Under the pieces are notes generated by a model that made no database searches, had not been told where the DNA came from, and saw only the letters and a list, made by a program, of their open reading frames with translations. A program made the position numbers and the translations under genes. From Octopus sinensis (lineage: Eukaryota), in NCBI RefSeq assembly GCF_006345805.1, contig NW_021828506.1, positions 1 to 8,132 on the forward strand: a DNA stretch of 8,132 nucleotides, written 5' to 3'. Shown piece by piece: positions 1-6,871 of this stretch. The stretch's first letter is position 1; every line of letters begins with the position of its first letter.

Positions 1-2
1 GC

Positions 3-333
3 AGACAAGTGTATCAGTGATTCAGACGTTTCTAAGATGGCCGAAGATATGTCGACATTGACGATCGTTCTGGGAGGCCCGCAACCATCAGAACTGAGAA
101 AAACTTCGCAGCTGCGAAAGGGAAATCGTCGAATCATCATCGGTGAGTTATCAGAGGATGTGTAGATTGGTTATGCTTCAGTTCAGTTCATTATAAATGA
201 AAATTTGGGTATGAGACGCGTGTCTGTCAAGTTTGTAGCAAAACTCCTTTCAGCTGACCAAAAAGACAGTCGGGTTTCAGTTGCACAAGAGCTACTTGAT
301 TGTGTCAAGAGCGATGAAAACTTGTTGGAAACT
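3..333 (+). pseudogene. Mariner transposase pseudogene: HTH region, linker and start of the catalytic domain
   Basis: Frame 3 reads RQVYQ*FRRF*DGRRYVDIDDRSGRPATIRTEKN. After a frameshift, frame 1 reads NRRIIIGELSEDV*IGYASVQFIINENLGMRRVSVKFVAKLLSADQKDSRVSVAQELLDCVKSDENLLET. This contains the RSGRP motif and the WVPHEL-equivalent linker (KFVAKLL). It has three stops and breaks off just before the expected TGDE motif. Confidence 0.92.
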
Positions 334-412
334 TTCTGTAGGCTACTGAGTAGGTATCGCCAAGCATTTGGCAAAATTTGCTGCAAAGTCTCTACTCCAT
401 TTCCTCTGTCAT
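329..412 (-). pseudogene. Mariner transposase N-terminus, inverted copy
   Basis: The minus strand from ATG at 412 reads MTEEME*RLCSKFCQMLGDTYSVAYRKF, matching the mariner N-terminal EQRxCIKFCxKLGxT pattern. It is preceded on the minus strand by about 190 bp of leader plus TIR-like sequence (413-601). Confidence 0.8.
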
Positions 413-645
413 GATCAATACCATCAGCACACGTTACACACGTTACTTCCAAGCACTGCTGTATATAGCGAAGTCAACTAGAATCTTAAAACTTAGTGCG
501 CATGCACACCAAAGTTGAAAGTCAATCTGTGCCAATTGGATTTACTCTGTGAACTTTAGCTTTGTTATTATGGCAATAGTCTGGATACCTATTGATCAGA
601 CAATTAATAAGTTCTCGTATACTCCATTTTCCGTTTTTCATTTGC

Positions 646-972
<327 letters not shown>

Positions 973-1556
973 GTGTCTGTATGTGTGCTTGTGTACGAGT
1001 GTCCTCAATTCCGGTAATTAAATCATGCAAAAAAAACAAAAAAAAAAAAAACAGCTGCTAAACTATCTTAAAAATCGCTTTTCCAGATATTATCATAATT
1101 AAAAGCTGTCTCACCCATTACTTTTTTTGAAAACCACTTAAACACACTTCAATATAATCTAACTTAAACTGAATTATATTCGATAGTTTAAATCCTAAAT
1201 TCTGCCGTGCGAATCAAACGATTGTTTCGTGGCGTATATTTCAATAGTTGTCATTTTATCTTCTTTTTTTTTCTCTTTTTTTTTTGTTTTTGTTTTGGTA
1301 AACACATTCGATGAAATAGTGAGCAATGAAAAATTTTTCGAGTTATCGCTAGCAGTTCGAGTGCTTCAAATATGTCATTTATATCTGACTGTTAGTCTGA
1401 GATTCAAGTACTTCGTACTTAGTTCTACCTGTTGTCTGGTGCAGACGCTTACCAAACAAAATTGCGTGCACTCAATGTTCACCCAACCTTCTAAGCTACC
1501 ACTTCAAAGGTTATAAATCCAATACTTTCTCTTTCTCTACATTTCTTTCCCTTTCA

Positions 1557-1824
1557 ATATGTATATACATAAATACACACACTCGTGTGCGCGCGAGTGT
1601 GTGTGTATATGCGTGTGTGTGTATGTGTGTATGTGTGTGCCTCTGTGTGTGTGTGTGCGTGTGCGTTTGTATGTGTACATATATATTTATATAAACGTAT
1701 ATACGAACAGATATGTTTACATATATACATGTAAATAAATATATGTATGTATATTATTTACATATGAATATGTATCATATATATATAGTCATATTTGTGT
1801 AAATGTGTGTATATATATGTATAC
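1557..1824. repeat. Degenerate (GT)n/(AT)n low-complexity tract
   Basis: Read directly from the sequence. Confidence 0.9.
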
Positions 1825-1825
1825 A

Positions 1826-2444
1826 TTGGGTTGGCACGTAATTAACGACCGCTTTTAAAATTCTAAATTCATTCGAAAATAAAGCATCAAAGTACGGTTA
1901 AAATGTGTCTAAATGATTATTCCGGAGCGTAGTAGCCATCTACTTGAACAACTACTTCCCATTTGCTTGGCAAACGAACGATTCCACGCGCAAAAATGTA
2001 ACGATCTTTGGACGCAATTCACGGTTTGACGTCAGCGGGTCGTCCAAATCATTGTAGACTTTACCCACGTTTCAATTTTTTAGCGAACGACGTGATAGTC
2101 TGTAGGAACTTCAGTGGGAGAATATGGTGGGTGTCCAAGTAGCTCCCATATTTTATCTTTGATTGCTTGGATTACTTGCCGTTCAACATGTGGTCTTCCG
2201 TTGCCATCTTTTTATGGGGACGTTTGTCTTTTATAGCAGCTTCCAAGCGGTCGAATTGAGCCAGATAAACGCCACTGCTAACGCAATGCTGTTTTTCTAT
2301 TTCTGTCAGAAATATGCCATTTATATTTCGTATCGTTTTCATCCTACCATTCATAGAAATTTTATTTCTGAGCGATGATTTCCCAGTGAATAATCCCAGA
2401 GTGGTCCCACCATACACACCACATGGCCTTCTTGTCGTGAAAGG
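1826..2444 (-). mobile_element. 5'-truncated mariner (DD34D) element: 3' half of the transposase, 3' UTR and TIR
   Basis: TIR-like TTGGGTTGGCACGTAATTAACGACCGCTTTT (1826-1856) resembles mellifera/cecropia-type mariner TIRs (TT[AG]GGTTGG...). It lies about 60 bp beyond the transposase stop codon at 1917-1919. Confidence 0.9.
1917..2444 (-). pseudogene. Mariner transposase catalytic-domain pseudogene
   Basis: Minus strand, across frameshifts: FHDKKAMWCVWWDHSGIIHWEII / CVSSGVYLAQFDRLEAAIKDKRPHKK / GNGRPHVERQVIQAIKDKIWELLGHPPYSPTEVPTDYHV / RSLKN*NVGKVYNDLD / ADVKP*IASKDRYIFARGIVRLPSKWEVVVQVDGYYAPE*. Exactly 34 residues separate the mutated D of DNARPH (codon 2205-2203, now G) from the D of DYH (2100-2098). 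Confidence 0.95.
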
Positions 2445-2469
2445 ATTATGAAACAGAATTTAAAAACGA

Positions 2470-2673
2470 TAGTAGAATTTAAAACAAAATGCTCAGAATT
2501 TAAAACAAAATGCTGTCTTTAAGTTCTGAGCTCAAATTTTGTCGAGATCGACTTTGTCTTTCATCTTCTTAGGGTCGATTGAAATAAGTATCATTTGATT
2601 ACTGAGGCCAATGAGGAGACTTACATCCTTACCCGAAATTGCTGGGTTTGTGCCAAAATTTGAAACCAATATT
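2470..2673 (+). mobile_element. Degenerate SINE, family A copy 1
   Basis: Aligns by eye with the reverse complement of 3264-3467: TCTTTAAGTTCTGAGCTCAAATT..GACTTTGTCT..GGGTCGATTGAAATAAGTATCATTTGATTACTGAGG versus TCTTTACGTCTTGATTACAAATT..GACTTTACCT..GGGTCGATAAAATAAGTATAAATTGAACACTGAGG. The head is disrupted by a local duplication of AGAATTTAAAACAAAATGCT (2474-2493 and 2495-2514). Confidence 0.8.
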
Positions 2674-2696
2674 TGCATATATCACTTTCTCTAGAA

Positions 2697-2830
2697 AGGA
2701 AGTGGTCAGGATGTTCGGCTCATTGTTATAATGTCGTGTGTTCCTCGAGCGAGCGGCGCGTTCTGTCCTTAAGCAAGGCTCTTCATTTCACGTTGCTCCA
2801 GTTTGCTCATCCGACAATAAGAAGTGGCTG
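2697..2830 (+). mobile_element. Degenerate tRNA-derived SINE fragment with a CORE-like block
   Basis: tRNA-like spacing of AGTGGTCAGG...GTGTTC followed by GCGTTCTGTCCTTAAGCAAGGCTCTTCAT, which resembles the GTGTCCTTGRGCAAG block of CORE-type SINEs. Heavily decayed; boundaries are approximate. Confidence 0.55.
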
Positions 2831-3059
2831 AGTGCTACAGTAGCTCTCTCCTACCGGCTGTGACAACTTGGATGTGCCACTGGGTTAAAAAGTAGTAGAA
2901 GAGTTGATATGATGCCTATATTTCTTTGGACATAGTCTCGCGACTTCACGAACAACTAAAACTGTTAGCGAAAGCTTATTATCCGTTTTATAGTCCCGCA
3001 CTCAAGTTACAAGCAAAAGTTTTAAAATATGCGAGAAGAAAACGACGCCGACGATGGCA

Positions 3060-3122
<63 letters not shown>

Positions 3123-3264
3123 TGATGATGATGATGATGATGAAGAAGAAGAAGAAGAGAAGAAGAAGAAGAAGAGAAGAAGAAGAAGAAGAAGAAGAGA
3201 AGAAGAAGAAGAAGAAGAAGAAGAAGAAGAAGAAGAAGAAGAAGAAGAAAGAAGAAGAAGAAGA
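3060..3264. repeat. Compound trinucleotide repeat: (GAT)n 3060-3141 then (GAA)n 3142-3264
   Basis: Read directly; it abuts the 3' end of the minus-strand SINE at 3264. Confidence 0.98.
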
Positions 3265-3467
3265 TTTCTATTATAGACACAAGGCCTAGTTTTTAGTGTA
3301 AGGGTTAAGTTATTAAACCAACCTCAGTGTTCAATTTATACTTATTTTATCGACCCCCGAAGGTAAAGTCAACCTGGGCGGAATTTGTAATCAAGACGTA
3401 AAGATAGTCGGAATTTCGCTAAACATTTTTGCACGACGTGCTAACCATTCTGCCACGCTCGCTACTT
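3264..3467 (-). mobile_element. tRNA-derived SINE, family A copy 2
   Basis: The minus strand begins AAGTAGCGAGCGTGGCAGAATGGTTAGCAC with A box TGGCAGAATGG (3455-3445). It has a degenerate B box (..TTACAAATTCC), the core GGGTCGATAAAATAAGTA and a 3' end AGGCCTTGTGTCTATAATAGAAA. Homologous to 2470-2673. Confidence 0.85.
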
Positions 3468-3468
3468 T

Positions 3469-3470
<2 letters not shown>

Positions 3471-3551
<81 letters not shown>

Positions 3552-3564
3552 GCAGCGGCGGCGG
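3471..3564. repeat. (CAG)n trinucleotide repeat with AAG interruptions, ending in (CGG)n
   Basis: Read directly from the sequence. Confidence 0.98.
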
Positions 3565-4085
3565 CAACAAGTTTAAATGGACCTGTGCGTATAATGTCTC
3601 ACAAGTATGGTTGAGTAGAGTTTACAGACAAAGCGGGAGAACGATCGGCAACAAGATTCGTTATTACTAAAGTGGTTCAAAACTGAAATAAAATAAAATA
3701 AAATATAATAAAATAAATAAATATAACAGAAAATAGAGAAAAACAAAAAAAAAACTAAAATAAAAAAAAATGAAATGTTGTTGGTTTTCATCCAACAAGT
3801 GAAAGAAGCGCGAATTTTTTTTTGTTGTAGCAAAACAACCAGCAACAATAAGTTCATTACAAGTTGAACTTCTCAGTGCAACGTTTATGGAAGAGATGTG
3901 TTAATATGGATGACACATGTCAAAGGCACTAAAATGCACTGATTCTTGACAGAGATAGATATTCCGCCGTACGTACCTACTGTCCACCCTAGTCACGTTG
4001 GCGAGCTTTAGTTCTAATAGGTGAAAAACTGGTACAACAACAGTAGAAATAACGGTAACCTGTAGTTAGCGACAGAAACCATCAA

Positions 4086-4183
4086 AACAACAACAACAAC
4101 AACAACAACAAAAACAGCAACAACAACAATAACAACAGTAACATCAAAAATAGTAGCAGCAAACGGCTGTAGTAGCAGCAACA
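4086..4183. repeat. Degenerate (CAA)n/(CAG)n/(TAG)n trinucleotide tract
   Basis: Read directly from the sequence. Confidence 0.9.
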
Positions 4184-4334
4184 ATGGCTAAGTGCATTTA
4201 AAGTACATATCGGAAGATTTCGAAATGGAAGGGTTATATATATGGGATGCAAAGGGTAGTAATTCAATTAGCTGGACTACAGTAATTGTAATAAAATAAT
4301 TATTAGGCAACTCTTAGGGCATAATATCAATTTA

Positions 4335-4464
4335 TCTCCCAACTACCTTTCCAGGTTCAGTCTCACTTCGCGTCACCTTGGAAAGATATCTTCTATTATT
4401 GGCTTCGAGTCTTCCAAAGCATTCTGAGTGGATTCGGTAGACAGAAACTGACAGAAGCCCGTCG

Positions 4465-4468
<4 letters not shown>
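4335..4468 (+). mobile_element. Truncated, diverged SINE, family B copy 1
   Basis: TTCCAGGTTCAGTCTCACT..CTTGGAAAGATATCTTCT..TGAGTGGATTCGGTAGACAGAAACTGACAGAAGCCCGTCGTATA (4349-4468) aligns with the reverse complement of 4816-4933. It ends at the internal microsatellite position, followed by (CA)n/(TA)n to about 4518. Confidence 0.88.
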
Positions 4469-4502
<34 letters not shown>

Positions 4503-4568
4503 TATATATATATATATACCAAATATATACGTTATTATTATTATTTCCAATTTACTTGATCATCGGTA

Positions 4569-4982
4569 TCTCTTTTCTCTTTACTCTTTTACTTGTTTCA
4601 GTCATTTGACTGTGGCCATGCTGGAGCACCGCCTTTAGTCGAGCAAATCGACCCCGGGACTTATTCTTTGTAAGCCCAGTACTTTTCTATCGGTCTCTTT
4701 TTGCCGAACCGCTAAGTGACGGGGACGTAAACACACCAGCATCGGTTGTCAAGCAATGCTGCTAGGGGGACAAACACAGACACCAAACACACATACATAT
4801 ATATATATATACATATATACGACAGGCTTCTTTTCAGTTTCCGTCTACCAAATCCACTCACAAGGCATTGGTCGGCCGGGGCTATAGCAGAAGACACTTG
4901 CCCAAGATGCACGCAGTGGGACTGAACCTGGAACCATGAGGTTGGTTAGCAAGCTACTTACCACACAGCCACTCCTGCGCCT
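4569..4982 (-). mobile_element. Full-length tRNA-derived SINE, family B copy 2
   Basis: The minus strand starts AGGCGCAGGAGTGGCTGTGTGGTAAG with A box TGGCTGTGTGG (4971-4961) and B box GGTTCAGTCCC (4928-4918). It has a CORE-like CTTGGGCAAGTGTCTTCT, an internal (TA)/(TG) microsatellite at about 4775-4820, and a 3' end CTCCAGCATGGCCACAGTCAAATGACTGAAACAAG with an (AAAGAG)-like tandem tail. Confidence 0.93.
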
Positions 4983-5034
4983 ATATTATTGTATATTATT
5001 GTTATTTTATTTTTAATATTTCTATTACATGTAA

Positions 5035-5325
5035 CTAGCATTATCGCCCGGCGTTGCTCGGGTTTGTAAGGGAAATAACTATATAAGCATTTTTAGAGAG
5101 TTACTTCCCTTATATAATAGCAAAAAAATACATTAAAAATGGGAAGAAATGATGGTAATTTTTTTTTTAATCGCAGACTCATCGTAGACGCGCGCTAATA
5201 CCCAGAAGGGCTCGATACGACTATAGATACCCGCTTTTGGTTAAACTGCACCGCAAAATGTGGGAGTAGTTAGGAATCTAAATCGTAGTGGAGACAGACA
5301 CAGAACTTCACTTTTAATATAAAGA
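5035..5325 (-). mobile_element. Complete non-autonomous Helitron, 291 bp
   Basis: Minus strand: host A | 5'-TCTTTATATTAAAAG ... CCCGAGCAACGCCGGG (GC-rich hairpin, 5062-5047), 8 nt, CTAG-3' (5038-5035) | host T. All canonical Helitron hallmarks are present: 5' TC, subterminal hairpin, 3' CTRR, A|T target and no TSD. Confidence 0.88.
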
Positions 5326-5518
5326 TTTCTAGATGGTGTAATTTTAATTGTTTTTTTTGAATTGATAAAAGGTGGTTTTTTTTCTAATTTTTTATAGACA
5401 TTATATTTTGTGAAATTTGATTTAGTATTTCTAAATTGAATTTTCCCTGTAAGTTAGGAATAATATTCCCTCAAATTATTATTATTATATTATTATTATT
5501 ATTATTATATATATATAT

Positions 5519-5728
5519 AACGGGAAGCTTTATGAAAATAAACAAACGACGGAAAGGTGTGGAATACAAACAAACAATTGTATTAGTATGGCGCTCAGGA
5601 ATAGAAAATAAAACAAGTCTTTTACGTTTCGAGCCACGCTCTTCAACAGAAAGATACACAGAAAGAAACACAGAAAGAAACAAGGAGAGAAAAAAATGCG
5701 TGCAGAAGCTAGCGAATCAACATGGCGA
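5519..5728 (-). repeat. Probable interspersed repeat inserted in a (TA)n tract, with a degenerate hammerhead-like motif (possible Penelope-like terminus)
   Basis: A complex 210-bp island bounded on both sides by TA repeats. The minus strand has CTGTTGA-A-GAGC-GTG-GCTC-GAAACGT at 5649-5624. There is a short tandem duplication of ACACAGAAAGAA near 5656-5680. Confidence 0.5.
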
Positions 5729-5992
<264 letters not shown>

Positions 5993-6001
5993 TTATTTAT
6001 G

Positions 6002-6299
6002 TGGAGGCGCAATGGCCAGTGGTTAGGGCACCGGACTCGCGGTCGTAGGATCGTGGTTTCGATTCCCAGACCGGGCGTTGTGTGTTTATTGAGCGAAAAC
6101 ACCTAAAAGCTCCACGAGGCTCCGGAGGGGTGATCCCTGCTGTACTCCTTCACCACTCTTACTCTCACTCTTTCTTCTGTTGTCCTGCTCGCTTAGCCAG
6201 CGGGGTGGCGTCATTCGAAGGCTAAAACAATGCGTACGCATTGTGACCAGCGATGTGTAGCAACATCTGATGGTCTGGTCAGTCACGTGATCACGTGAT
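6002..6299 (+). mobile_element. Full-length tRNA-derived SINE, family C
   Basis: Starts GGAGGCGCAATGGCCAGTGGTTAGGGCA with A-box-like TGGCCAGTGG (6013-6022) and B-box-like GGTTTCGATTCCC (6055-6067). It has structured 3' hairpins and a (TCACGTGA)x2 tail at 6283-6298, and is flanked by TA repeats. Confidence 0.9.
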
Positions 6300-6520
6300 A
6301 TATATTTATATATATATATATATATGTATTGAATATTATTTGCCAACATAATGTGGCAGTTCCGGTTGGTACGAAAGTTAGTTATCTAGTCCCAGGAAAC
6401 TTCGCCTCCAGCTGGCTATATTGATTCGAATGAATATAGTACTTGATTTAGATGCACCAGAATTTTGTATGGTGTTATCCATAAAAATTTGTGGAGTGAT
6501 CATAATCAAAATATGCAACA

Positions 6521-6638
6521 AGAATGACTCCGGTAATTTGGTACAATCGTTTCGTACTACACCATTTTATTAAATGTTGTAAGTATTACAACCGATTTAA
6601 GATGCTGAGTACTCATCAGCCAATTATAGAGGTTTTCC
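6521..6638 (-). ncRNA. Type I hammerhead ribozyme (predicted), left copy
   Basis: Minus strand: TAATTGG-CTGATGA(6619-6613)-GTACT-[49 nt]-AGTAC-GAAA(6553-6550)-C-GATT-G-TA^CCAAATTA. The conserved core is complete, with a 5-bp stem II base closed by G10.1-C11.1, stem III AC/GT, a GUA cleavage triplet and stem I TAAT-TGG/CCAAATTA. Confidence 0.8.
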
Positions 6639-6754
6639 AGTCAGCGGAAAGACTTCACTACCTCATATGTTCTTAAAATTTAAATCTACATCTTTGTCTG
6701 TATATCTACCTTCTCTATAATGTTACCACTTGATTTAAAAACTTTTGTATTAAT

Positions 6755-6871
6755 GGAAAACCTCTATAATTGGCTGATGAGTATCAGCATCTTAAATCTG
6801 TTGTAATAATTACAAACATTAATAAAATGATGTAGTACGAAACGATTGTACCAAATTACCGGAGTCATTCT
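6755..6871 (+). ncRNA. Type I hammerhead ribozyme (predicted), right copy
   Basis: TAATTGG-CTGATGA(6774-6780)-GTAT...GTAC(6835-6838)-GAAA(6839-6842)-C-GATT-GTA(6848-6850)^CCAAATTA. Stem I extends through CTCT(6762-6765)/GGAG(6861-6864) and GGAA(6755-6758)/TTCT(6868-6871). One C is deleted from stem II relative to the left copy. Confidence 0.75.

Larger units (their letters stand above)
1..619 (+). mobile_element. Non-autonomous, decayed mariner-family DNA transposon; left end lies outside the window
   Basis: Plus-strand transposase fragments at 3-333 are joined to an inverted copy of the element 5' end (about 329-601). A TIR-like end, AGTCTGGATACCTATTGATCAGAC (578-601), is followed after a 12-bp interruption by CTCG-TA (614-619), i.e. 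a TA|CGAG-type mariner terminus read on the minus strand. Confidence 0.85.

Noticed and set aside
1229-1516. 95-aa ORF and unique-looking sequence at 1280-1520 (also 3575-3680 and 3860-4080) as possible exons
   Set aside because: The ORF has a non-ATG start and runs through a poly-T tract. I see no recognisable domain or convincing splice pair. It cannot be excluded without RNA-seq.
3002-3289. ORFs 3029..3289 (+; poly-D/M/K/R/E) and 3002..3280 (-; poly-L/F/H/I)
   Set aside because: They are translations of the (GAT)n/(GAA)n microsatellite, with frame-slipping homopolymer runs and no splice or domain evidence.
3471-3570. (CAG)n as a polyglutamine or polyalanine exon
   Set aside because: It abuts a SINE head, has no supportable splice sites, and has no complex coding sequence around it.
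6002-6075. Possible tRNA gene (also 4982-4910 on the minus strand)
   Set aside because: A and B boxes are present, but the acceptor and anticodon stems do not pair properly and the sequence continues into a SINE body and tail, so these are SINE heads.
6640-6753. Spacer of the fold-back as a remnant of a Penelope RT or GIY-YIG coding region
   Set aside because: The frames I checked are short and show no recognisable motif.
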